From the IMG/VR virus record IMGVR_UViG_3300010338_000575: a stretch of 64,000 nt of DNA; one strand, given 5' to 3'. Below are positions 1-8,470 of the stretch, piece after piece. The position numbers and the translations under genes are program-made. Under the pieces are notes generated by a model that was given only the letters and a program-made list of their open reading frames with translations, made no database searches and had not been told where the DNA came from. This DNA comes from a virus. Its lineage: Duplodnaviria; Caudoviricetes. Positions within the stretch are counted from its first letter, which is position 1. Each line of letters starts with the position of its first letter.

Positions 1-30
1 ATGCTAATTATATAAATGTTATGGATATGA

Positions 31-60
31 AAAATGGTGCTTGTTTAAGCACCATTTTTT
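31..60 (+). terminator. Rho-independent terminator
   Basis: AAAATGGTGCTT-GTTT-AAGCACCATTTT perfect hairpin followed by T run. Confidence 0.8.
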
Positions 61-136
61 TATTTGAAAAATTCAATATTTTATATAAAAATTCGTATTA
101 ATTATAATAAATAATCGCAAAATTAAATAAAAAAAT

Positions 137-1048
137 ATGAATAATGATAAAACAATAAAACCTGACGATAAATTTGTTATATTTCATACTGAAGGTGGTC
201 ATGGTAAGCAAGTTATGGCAACTGCTGTTTGTCGTGCTATTAAGAAGAAATATCCTGATAGAAAATTAATAGTTGTTACACCTTGGGATGGACCTTTTTT
301 CTATAATCCGAATGTTTGGAGATTTTATACATTTGGTCAAATGCAGTATTTTTTTGATGATTATATTAAAGACGATACAATTATACTAAGACATGAAGTA
401 TATCATACTGAGGATCATATATTACAAAGAAAACATTTGACACAATCGTGGTGTGATATGTATAATATACCTTGGGATGGATATAAACCAGAAATATATT
501 TAAATCCACGAGAATTGGAAATTGCAAAAGATAAGATAAAACCAGATGGTAGACCAATAATGTTACTACAAACACATGGTGGTGCACCCAATTCACAATA
601 TTCAAAAAAATCGTGGTTTAGGGATATGCCAATAGAAACTGCGCAAAAACTTGTAAATTATTTCAGTAAAACGTATAGAATTTTACATATTAAATCACCA
701 GAACAACCAAATTTACAAGGTGTTGAGCCATTAACATTACCTCATAGAGAATTGTATGCTGTATTTCCTTTATCAACTAAAAGATTATTCATAGATAGTT
801 TTTCACAACATGTTGCTGCTGCGTTAGGTTTGCAAAGTACTGTTTTATGGATTGGTAATAAACCAGAAATATTTGGATATCCTGAACATATAAATATATT
901 ACCTAAAGCAAACTATGTTAGAGAATTTAATAAAATAAGTTATTTAGAACAATTTGATATTTCTGGACAAATACAACAATTTCCATTTGATAAATTAAAT
1001 GTATTTGATATTAATGAGATTATTGATGCTGTGAATAAACAGAAGTAA
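137..1048 (+). CDS. GT-B glycosyltransferase, GT9/heptosyltransferase-like
   Basis: N-terminal EGGHGKQVMATAV (cf. GGLGDxxMxT) and FIDSFSQHVAAALG (cf. GxDSGPxHLAAALG). Confidence 0.7.
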   Translation: MNNDKTIKPDDKFVIFHTEGGHGKQVMATAVCRAIKKKYPDRKLIVVTPWDGPFFYNPNVWRFYTFGQMQYFFDDYIKDDTIILRHEVYHTEDHILQRKHLTQSWCDMYNIPWDGYKPEIYLNPRELEIAKDKIKPDGRPIMLLQTHGGAPNSQYSKKSWFRDMPIETAQKLVNYFSKTYRILHIKSPEQPNLQGVEPLTLPHRELYAVFPLSTKRLFIDSFSQHVAAALGLQSTVLWIGNKPEIFGYPEHINILPKANYVREFNKISYLEQFDISGQIQQFPFDKLNVFDINEIIDAVNKQK

Positions 1049-1080
1049 CAAAACAAACCATTAGTTTTCTATTATTTATT

Positions 1081-1110
1081 ACCCGTCCTAATTTATAGGA
1101 TGGGTTTTTT
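1081..1110 (+). terminator. Rho-independent terminator
   Basis: ACCCGTCCTA/TAGGATGGGT stem plus T tract. Confidence 0.75.
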
Positions 1111-1129
1111 AATTATTATTATATTTTTA

Positions 1130-1137
1130 GTATTTAT
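1130..1137 (+). promoter_or_regulatory. Putative phage late promoter GTATTTAT
   Basis: Recurrent motif about 15-35 nt upstream of start codons; here before the fibre gene at 1154. Confidence 0.65.
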
Positions 1138-1153
1138 TAATAAATAAAAGAAT

Positions 1154-4100
1154 ATGTTGAGATTTGATAATAAACCAAATTTAAGTAATAAGCAGTTTGA
1201 ACAAAACATTAATGATTGTTTATTTTTAGGTGGTCATAACTGCATTTGTAGTGGTGGTACAATAAGTTCTGATACTGGGTATGGTATTTCGGGTGTTACT
1301 ATATTTAATACTGGTACACAATTAAATTCATTAGAGATTGGTTGTAACACACTTGCGAATAATGGTTCAATTGCTATTGGTGCAAATGCAATTGCATCTG
1401 GTATTTCAGATATTAGTTTGGGGTATAATACCACTTCAGAAAAAAATGGGAGTATTGCAATTGGTTCACAATCAAATGTTTATTGTGACTATTCAACAAT
1501 AATTGGTTATGATAATAAAATATATAGTAATTATAGTAATATTTTTGGTGGTTGTGGTAATATAATTTGTAGTGGTAGTTCTAATACAACAATTATTGGA
1601 TTAAATGATGTTGTTTTAGAGAATAACACGTATTCAAATTATGTTATTGTGCCTAATTTAGCGATTATAAATCAACCTAATGGTAATGGTGATGTTTTGT
1701 GTTATAATCAAAGTAGTGGTAAAATTGAAAGAACCAATGTGGTTAAGTGGAGTGGAAATACTGTTGGGGGTATTGGTGTTTATGTTAATGATGGGCTGAT
1801 TTACTCACAACCTAAATTAAAATATGATGCAAATGGATTACAGATTACAGGTAAAACATATATAAATGGATTATCGAATAGAACGTCAAATTATACATTA
1901 TACTATGATTCAACTAATAATGAAATTATTTATGGTCAAGTACCATCAGGTGGTGTTTGGTCAAATTTGAATAGCGGTTCAACTGTTGCTGGTTGTGGCA
2001 CAATAACACCATTAAATTATTACAATACTGTTTATGGTGTTTGTGCGTTATCAAATATAACAACTGGTGCGAGAAATGTTGCTATTGGTTATTGCGCTAG
2101 TAGATGGTTAACAACTGGTAGTGATAATATTATTATTGGTTATTGTGCAAATAGTGGTGTAACAACAAATTGTGGTGTAGTTTCGATTGGTAGTAAATCA
2201 ATTGGATTAGGAAATTCATCAATTGCTATTGGTTGTAATTCTAAGGCGACTTCTAATTGTTCAATTGCAATTGGTAATAATACGTTTGCGAATTTAGATA
2301 ATACAATATCAATTGGAACAAATACTGGTATATATAATTCAGGTATTTATCAAATTGCTATTGGTTATTGTGTTGGTAATTCAAATATTGGTCCATATCA
2401 AATTAGTATAGGTAATATTGCTGGATATGAAAATTCGGGTTCGACACAAACTGCAATTGGTTATTGTGCTGGTTATAGAAACTCAGGTTCGATACAAATT
2501 GCAATTGGTCAATATGCGGGTATAAATAATAGGGGGTCGTATCAAAACGTGATTGGTTCTTGTGCGGGTTTTAATAATTTATGTAATTATCAAATTGCGA
2601 TTGGTCATTATGCTGGTTTTCAAAATTCTGGTTCAACACAAATTGCGATTGGTGTACGTTCTGGTTGTAAGAATGTTGGTTTATCGCAAATAGCGATTGG
2701 TTGTGAAAGTGGTGGTAATAATATTGGAATCTATCAACATGCAATTGGTTATCGTGCTGGTTATAGAAATTCTGGTACAATACAAATTGCAATTGGTTCT
2801 AACGCTGGTGGTTGTAATATTGGTGATTACCAGATTGGTATTGGTTCTAATGCTGGATATAAAAATTCGGGATCAACACAAATTGCGATCGGATATGATG
2901 CAGGTTTTTGTAATGCGGGTATTAATGAAATTGCAATTGGTCAATATGCTGGTGTTTGTAATACTGGTAATTATACTGTTTTTATTGGTAAATGTGCTGG
3001 TTATCGGAACACTGAACATGGTAAATTTATTATTAAACAAAGTGATGCAAATAATAATCCATTGATTTGTGGTAATTTCATTAGTGGTGAAGTTACGATA
3101 CCATCATTGACTGGTGCGACATCAAGCGCATTGGGTGTTAATTCAAACGGTACTTTAATTAGAATATCATCAGGGGGTACTGGTGGTGGTGTTAGTTGGG
3201 TTGGAAATGTTGTTGGTGGTATTGGTACATATGTTGATGATACCACAATATGTTCACAACCGAATATTAAATATATATCAAATGAGTTACATATTACTGG
3301 TAAAACATTTATTAATGGATTAACTAATGCACAAACTAATAATGTTGTTTATTATGATATTAATACCAATGAATTAAAACAATCTAATTTAATTAATGGT
3401 AATAATGCTGCAACTTTATTTAACGATAATGGTGTGGTTGGTGTAACTAATTTATATTGGGATGATTCTGTTAGTGGTTTTACATGGGGGACTGGATATA
3501 CACCAACAAATAACGATATTTTTACTATTATAAAAGACCATGATTATCATGATACGGGTTATGATGGTTATATAACTTTTGGAACATGTTCATATGAAAT
3601 GTTAAATGGTACTAATTTAAGTATTGGATATTGTGCTGATTATAATTATGAGTGTATATTAGGGTATAATAAAATTAATTCGGAAATACCGTTATGTATT
3701 AACAGTGATGTTTTATTATTACCGAATTATCGTATAACAACAACAAATTATGCTAATTTTGTTAATAATGGAATAAGATCATCAATAGGTAGTGTTATTA
3801 ATGGTTTTGTATTTAATAATAATTTAGATTCGATAAGTAAGGAATATGTTACAAGATATGAATATATTAAATGTTTGGCAACAAGTGACGCATCACCGAA
3901 TGTTATTTGGAATATGGTATTATCTGGTAATAAATTTGCTAATCTATTGTATAATATTTGTGTAACAGGAATTGGTGCGGTTTCTGGTGATTCGGCAGCG
4001 TTTATACTAAATGGTCTTATTAAATATACTTGTTGTGGTGATTTAATAACCTTTGTTGGTACACCAACAAAAACAACATATAAAGATTCGTCAATGTCCG

Positions 4101-4231
4101 TTGCTGATGTTGATGTTTGTTTATTATCAGGACCTACGTCAAGAAGTGTTGGTTTGTATATTTGTGGTGTTTCGTCGAAAAATATTGTGTGGTCGGCTTT
4201 TGTTGATGCGTTAAAAACGGATTTATGTTAA
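1154..4231 (+). CDS. Tail fibre/adhesin with YadA-like head repeats, Cys-rich
   Basis: 14- and 16-residue xxAIGxxAG beta-roll repeats (NSGSTQIAIGxxAG); internally duplicated W-x-GN-x-VGGIG...SQP...ITGKT module. Confidence 0.75.
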   Translation: MLRFDNKPNLSNKQFEQNINDCLFLGGHNCICSGGTISSDTGYGISGVTIFNTGTQLNSLEIGCNTLANNGSIAIGANAIASGISDISLGYNTTSEKNGSIAIGSQSNVYCDYSTIIGYDNKIYSNYSNIFGGCGNIICSGSSNTTIIGLNDVVLENNTYSNYVIVPNLAIINQPNGNGDVLCYNQSSGKIERTNVVKWSGNTVGGIGVYVNDGLIYSQPKLKYDANGLQITGKTYINGLSNRTSNYTLYYDSTNNEIIYGQVPSGGVWSNLNSGSTVAGCGTITPLNYYNTVYGVCALSNITTGARNVAIGYCASRWLTTGSDNIIIGYCANSGVTTNCGVVSIGSKSIGLGNSSIAIGCNSKATSNCSIAIGNNTFANLDNTISIGTNTGIYNSGIYQIAIGYCVGNSNIGPYQISIGNIAGYENSGSTQTAIGYCAGYRNSGSIQIAIGQYAGINNRGSYQNVIGSCAGFNNLCNYQIAIGHYAGFQNSGSTQIAIGVRSGCKNVGLSQIAIGCESGGNNIGIYQHAIGYRAGYRNSGTIQIAIGSNAGGCNIGDYQIGIGSNAGYKNSGSTQIAIGYDAGFCNAGINEIAIGQYAGVCNTGNYTVFIGKCAGYRNTEHGKFIIKQSDANNNPLICGNFISGEVTIPSLTGATSSALGVNSNGTLIRISSGGTGGGVSWVGNVVGGIGTYVDDTTICSQPNIKYISNELHITGKTFINGLTNAQTNNVVYYDINTNELKQSNLINGNNAATLFNDNGVVGVTNLYWDDSVSGFTWGTGYTPTNNDIFTIIKDHDYHDTGYDGYITFGTCSYEMLNGTNLSIGYCADYNYECILGYNKINSEIPLCINSDVLLLPNYRITTTNYANFVNNGIRSSIGSVINGFVFNNNLDSISKEYVTRYEYIKCLATSDASPNVIWNMVLSGNKFANLLYNICVTGIGAVSGDSAAFILNGLIKYTCCGDLITFVGTPTKTTYKDSSMSVADVDVCLLSGPTSRSVGLYICGVSSKNIVWSAFVDALKTDLC

Positions 4232-4247
4232 TTAATATACTTTATTT

Positions 4248-4832
4248 ATGAGATTATCGATAATAACACCATGTAGTAGACCATATAATTTACCGACAAT
4301 ATATAAATCAATACTTGATTTGAAAACGGATAATGTTGAATGGATTGTTGTTTTTGATGGTGAAAGCGTCGATAAAAGAATATTGATGTATGAACAAAAC
4401 ATACCAATAAAATTATATAATAAAGTTCGTGAAATTGGTGATCCAATGGGTGGTATGCTAAGAAATATTGGTATAGAACACGCAGATGGTGATTATTTAT
4501 ATTATTTAGATGATGATAATATAATTCATCCTAAATTATATGATAGAATTTGTCGGTATATGGACTATAATTACAGTAAATTAATAATATTTAATCAATA
4601 TAGTAGTAAATTTACAAGAAGAATAAATACACTAAATATTAATTGTATTAGAAATGGTTATTTAGATACTGCACAATTTGTAGTGCCAAAAAAATGTAAA
4701 ACAAGATGGATAAAAAATGTAAAAAGATTTGAAGAAATACCTTATATATTAAATATTATTGATGAAATTGGTGTGGATAATGTTATTTGGGTTGATAGAT
4801 TATATACATATAGAAATTATTTAAGAAGATAA
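4248..4832 (+). CDS. Glycosyltransferase family 2 (GT-A)
   Basis: LSIITPCSR start, EWIVVFD, RNIGI, YLDDDN DxD motif. Confidence 0.85.
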   Translation: MRLSIITPCSRPYNLPTIYKSILDLKTDNVEWIVVFDGESVDKRILMYEQNIPIKLYNKVREIGDPMGGMLRNIGIEHADGDYLYYLDDDNIIHPKLYDRICRYMDYNYSKLIIFNQYSSKFTRRINTLNINCIRNGYLDTAQFVVPKKCKTRWIKNVKRFEEIPYILNIIDEIGVDNVIWVDRLYTYRNYLRR

Positions 4833-4864
4833 TTATAATAAATTTAATTATTATAATATTTTTT

Positions 4865-4872
4865 GTATTTAT
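4865..4872 (+). promoter_or_regulatory. Putative phage late promoter GTATTTAT
   Basis: Motif upstream of ATG 4895. Confidence 0.6.
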
Positions 4873-4894
4873 ATTTGAATAAATACGGAATAAT

Positions 4895-5182
4895 ATGGCA
4901 TTACAAATGAATTATAACAATCAATCTCTTGGTATTGTAATATATAACGCATACTGGAGAATTAATCCACGTAGTGGTATTGTCGGTGGTAAGGATGAAA
5001 TAATGTGTCATATTGAGGTATTTAAGGATGTGAATTATGCACATATGAAAAATCCTAATCCAATTGATAGTTTTGTTTTTACATTTAAACCTGATTTATC
5101 AGAAAATGCCGATAATTTTATTGCACAAGCATATAATTATGCAAAAACATTACCAAAATTTGGTGGTTCTGTTGATGTTTAA
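4895..5182 (+). CDS. Small tail-fibre-associated protein
   Basis: Lies between two fibre genes; C-terminal NFIAQAYNYAKTLPKF resembles small phage fibre-assembly proteins. Confidence 0.5.
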   Translation: MALQMNYNNQSLGIVIYNAYWRINPRSGIVGGKDEIMCHIEVFKDVNYAHMKNPNPIDSFVFTFKPDLSENADNFIAQAYNYAKTLPKFGGSVDV

Positions 5183-5218
5183 ATAAATAAAATAAAATAT
5201 AATTCAATATAATATACT

Positions 5219-6628
5219 ATGAGTTTAGATACTAAACCCAATTTAGATAAATCAAAATTTGAACAACTTGAAGGTGATATTCTTAATTTATCGGGTTGTA
5301 CTAATATATATGGTTGTTTAGATGTTAAAAAAAGTGGTGTTATTAATTCCAATAATGGTTATGATATTAGTGGTATAACGCAAATTAGATTAGGGGAAGA
5401 TATTACTGCAATTGCTATAGGTAGTGATGCTTATTCAAAATGTTGTAATTCAATTGCAATCGGTTATTGTAGTAGTGCAACAACACGTTGTGCAATATCA
5501 ATTGGTGCGTTATCACAAGTAATTAGTAGTAATTCAATTGCAATTGGTAATTCATCAATAGTATGTGGTCAACAAAGTGTTGCAATTGGTTCGTATTCGA
5601 AAACGTATAAATTAAGTAGTGTTGCAGTTGGTGATAGTTCGAGGTCAAATACGTTGCATGGTGTTTCTATAGGGGCTAATGCTGGTAGTTGTTACGATAA
5701 TTATTTTCAAACCGTTGTTGGTGGTTATGCTGGTAGAAATTCGATTACTTGTGATATTACTGCATTAGGATATCTTGCTGAATTATCTAGTAGTGGTAGT
5801 ACACATATTGGAATTGGTTCATTTGCAGGAGTAACGAGTTGTGGTTGTAGTACTATAATGATTGGTACTAGTGCTGGTTATAATAGTTGTGGAGATTTAA
5901 ATATATTTATTGGTCATGGTGTTGGGTGTGAAAATACTGATTCTGGTAAATTTATTTTAGGAAATTGTTATTATGAATTGGGATGCTATGTGTTGATTTG
6001 TGGAGATTTTTTTACTGGTAATGTTACAATACCAAAATTATCTGGTCTCACATCAAGTGCAGTTGGTGTTGATTGCAATGGTACACTTATGAGAATATCT
6101 CAGCCAAGTGGTGGTACAATAAGTGGTGATGTAAATATAAGTGGTGTTACTAAATTAGGTGATGTAACACCAGATATAAATCAACAAAATTTTGTTGTTA
6201 TTGATAATAATACAAAAAAAATAGCAAATAGTGGTTTAAAATATCATGTATATGGTAGTGAATTTCATTATGCACAAGATTTGACGACGACAACAACAAC
6301 CTTAGTTTTTCCTGATTTTGATGATAAATTAACATTAGTTACATCAATATTACCAATCGGTACTTATAGAATTATGGTTAGTTATGGTATGAATAAGAAG
6401 ACAAACACATCTGATTTAATAAGTAGAGTGTTAGTTGATGGAAATGTTTTGGGTGATATTCATAATTTCGAATTATCTGACTCAACTACTTGGAGTTATA
6501 GTACTAGAATGATGTTTATTACATTTAGTACTGAAACAACACATACGATAAATTTACAATTTTCACAAGAAAATAAAGGTACTTTATATATAAGAGATGC
6601 ATCATTAGAATTAATAAGAGTATTATAA
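5219..6628 (+). CDS. Second YadA-repeat tail fibre/adhesin (paralogue of 1154)
   Basis: SIAIG repeats; shares N-terminal DxKPNLxxxxFEQ and the LICGxFxxGxVTIPxLxGxTSSAxGVxxNGTLxRIS block with 1154. Confidence 0.75.
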   Translation: MSLDTKPNLDKSKFEQLEGDILNLSGCTNIYGCLDVKKSGVINSNNGYDISGITQIRLGEDITAIAIGSDAYSKCCNSIAIGYCSSATTRCAISIGALSQVISSNSIAIGNSSIVCGQQSVAIGSYSKTYKLSSVAVGDSSRSNTLHGVSIGANAGSCYDNYFQTVVGGYAGRNSITCDITALGYLAELSSSGSTHIGIGSFAGVTSCGCSTIMIGTSAGYNSCGDLNIFIGHGVGCENTDSGKFILGNCYYELGCYVLICGDFFTGNVTIPKLSGLTSSAVGVDCNGTLMRISQPSGGTISGDVNISGVTKLGDVTPDINQQNFVVIDNNTKKIANSGLKYHVYGSEFHYAQDLTTTTTTLVFPDFDDKLTLVTSILPIGTYRIMVSYGMNKKTNTSDLISRVLVDGNVLGDIHNFELSDSTTWSYSTRMMFITFSTETTHTINLQFSQENKGTLYIRDASLELIRVL

Positions 6629-6629
6629 T

Positions 6630-7331
6630 ATGAAAAAATATTTATTGGCATATCAAATCAATAATCAAATTGTTGGTGTTGATATAACATCATGGGATGT
6701 GCAACAATTAAATGGAAATAAACCATTTATTATTGTTTATGATAATAATTTAATACCAAATAATTATGTTGATATCAGTTCTATAATAACATGGGATATG
6801 TTTGGACAAGATGTTTCTAATGATTATTTAGTATATCGAGATTCGATTAAAGAAATTGTATTTGAAAAAACTTGGGAAAATTTAACAGATATTGAAAAAG
6901 ATATTGCAATTAAATACAATGCCATAATTGATTCATCTGACGCAATAACATTTTTAATGAATAGTAAACAATTAACAATTGATCAAGCACAATTATTTTT
7001 AATACAGTCGTGGCATAAGCATCATGGATTTGTTGTTGAATCATGCGTAAAAAGATGGTATTATGTTAAATTAATCGTACCAATGTTTTTATCATTTGAA
7101 GATGCTGAAGATTTATTAAATACAGTAGAACCGTTGGTATTTTCTTTGGTATATATGGGTAGGCAAGGTATTAATTATGGTGATAAAAAAGAAGGTGTAA
7201 TGGATTTTATAGAATCAACAAATTCATTTATGGGTCGTGGTTTAAGAGAGAGTGGATATACATTATTACAAGGTACGTGGGATGATTTTATTATAGAACT
7301 GAAAAAAGTATTAGTTGATGGTATTTATTAA
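6630..7331 (+). CDS. Hypothetical protein (fibre-associated)
   Basis: 233-aa ORF starting 1 nt after the fibre gene stop. Confidence 0.6.
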   Translation: MKKYLLAYQINNQIVGVDITSWDVQQLNGNKPFIIVYDNNLIPNNYVDISSIITWDMFGQDVSNDYLVYRDSIKEIVFEKTWENLTDIEKDIAIKYNAIIDSSDAITFLMNSKQLTIDQAQLFLIQSWHKHHGFVVESCVKRWYYVKLIVPMFLSFEDAEDLLNTVEPLVFSLVYMGRQGINYGDKKEGVMDFIESTNSFMGRGLRESGYTLLQGTWDDFIIELKKVLVDGIY

Positions 7332-7355
7332 AAATAAAATAATGAAGAATATATT

Positions 7356-7613
7356 ATGGCTAAGATAAAAACAAATATTTTTGAGTTATTATTTAAACAA
7401 GTATTAATTGGTCAAAAAATATATATCGATGATAATACTTTAATAACGATTGATGATATTAATTATCAACCGTTAATTCAAGAAGTTTATATTAAAAGTG
7501 GTGATAATGGATATAGAATGTCAGTAAATTCTGAATATGAGTTTGAGTTATTGAATAATTTAGAGAATAAAATAATACCTAATAAAGGTAGAATTATACC
7601 AAAACAAGAATAA
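7356..7613 (+). CDS. Hypothetical protein
   Basis: 85-aa ORF in operon; GTATTTAT at 7321 overlaps the end of the upstream gene. Confidence 0.55.
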   Translation: MAKIKTNIFELLFKQVLIGQKIYIDDNTLITIDDINYQPLIQEVYIKSGDNGYRMSVNSEYEFELLNNLENKIIPNKGRIIPKQE

Positions 7614-7614
7614 T

Positions 7615-8010
7615 ATGGATGGTTTTTTAAAAATTGTGTTTGGTGAATTTACATTACTGGAAATATTAGGTTATTTTTGGTTTTTTATTATCGGTTATTT
7701 GATATATGGATTAACTGAAGTAAGTGGTCGTGATGTAAATAGTCCCAATACACCAAAGAAATTTTCGTGGAAATTTTGGTTTTATGATAATTGGCGAAGA
7801 TATTTAACAACGATATTATGCACTTATGTGTTTTTTAGATTTTATAATGAAATAAGTGGACATCCATTTAGTAATTTTGATGCCGTTATATTAGGTTTAA
7901 TTGGTGATGGTGTTGCTGCAAGGATAAAAGAAAGAGTAAAATTTTTGGGTAAGGAAAATAGAAAACAACTAACACAAAAAATAATGGAAGAGCAAGGAGA
8001 ATTAGGATAA
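7615..8010 (+). CDS. Membrane protein, possible holin
   Basis: 2-3 hydrophobic segments and a charged C-terminal tail. Confidence 0.45.
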   Translation: MDGFLKIVFGEFTLLEILGYFWFFIIGYLIYGLTEVSGRDVNSPNTPKKFSWKFWFYDNWRRYLTTILCTYVFFRFYNEISGHPFSNFDAVILGLIGDGVAARIKERVKFLGKENRKQLTQKIMEEQGELG

Positions 8011-8420
8011 TGGATTATACAACATTTAATACAAAATTTTTTTATATTAAGAAGGATAGTACATATCCTGAATTAAAATATCCACTTACTCAACAATTAA
8101 GAGAATTGTACGGTATTACTGATGAAATGTTTGAAAATGTAGCAGTTACATTTTCGATGATAGATGCTGATAATGGTGTATATCGTATTGCAAACGTTGG
8201 TGCTGATTTAATTATCAATAATGATGTAGATAAATATCCTAATGAAGAAAGATATACGTTAGTATATAGGTTTAAATCAAAAGAAACATCTAAAAGCGGT
8301 AGTTATTACGGTGAATTTAAAATAAATTTCTTAGATAGTGATACTTGTATTACAATACCCAACAATAGATATATTAATATAACAATTCTCGATAGTATCA
8401 CAAAAACAACGGTAATTTAA
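8010..8420 (+). CDS. BppU N-terminal-like (Ig-like) virion protein
   Basis: FYIKKDSTYPxL...YYGEFKINF...IP pattern typical of baseplate-upper-protein-like domains. Confidence 0.5.
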   Translation: MDYTTFNTKFFYIKKDSTYPELKYPLTQQLRELYGITDEMFENVAVTFSMIDADNGVYRIANVGADLIINNDVDKYPNEERYTLVYRFKSKETSKSGSYYGEFKINFLDSDTCITIPNNRYINITILDSITKTTVI

Positions 8421-8451
8421 TTGACAAATAAAAATGTTTTATATATATTTG
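8421..8451 (+). promoter_or_regulatory. Bacteroidota housekeeping-sigma promoter (-33 TTG / -7 TAnnTTTG)
   Basis: TTG at 8421-8423, 20-nt spacer, TATATTTG at 8444-8451, upstream of the helicase. Confidence 0.75.
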
Positions 8452-8470
8452 CGAAATCAAAATATGATTT

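Noticed and set aside
2300-3010. 48-bp periodic repeats that could suggest a CRISPR array or DGR template
   Set aside because: They are degenerate in-frame coding repeats (16-aa YadA-like units) with no constant repeat/unique spacer structure; no cas or reverse transcriptase genes are in the window
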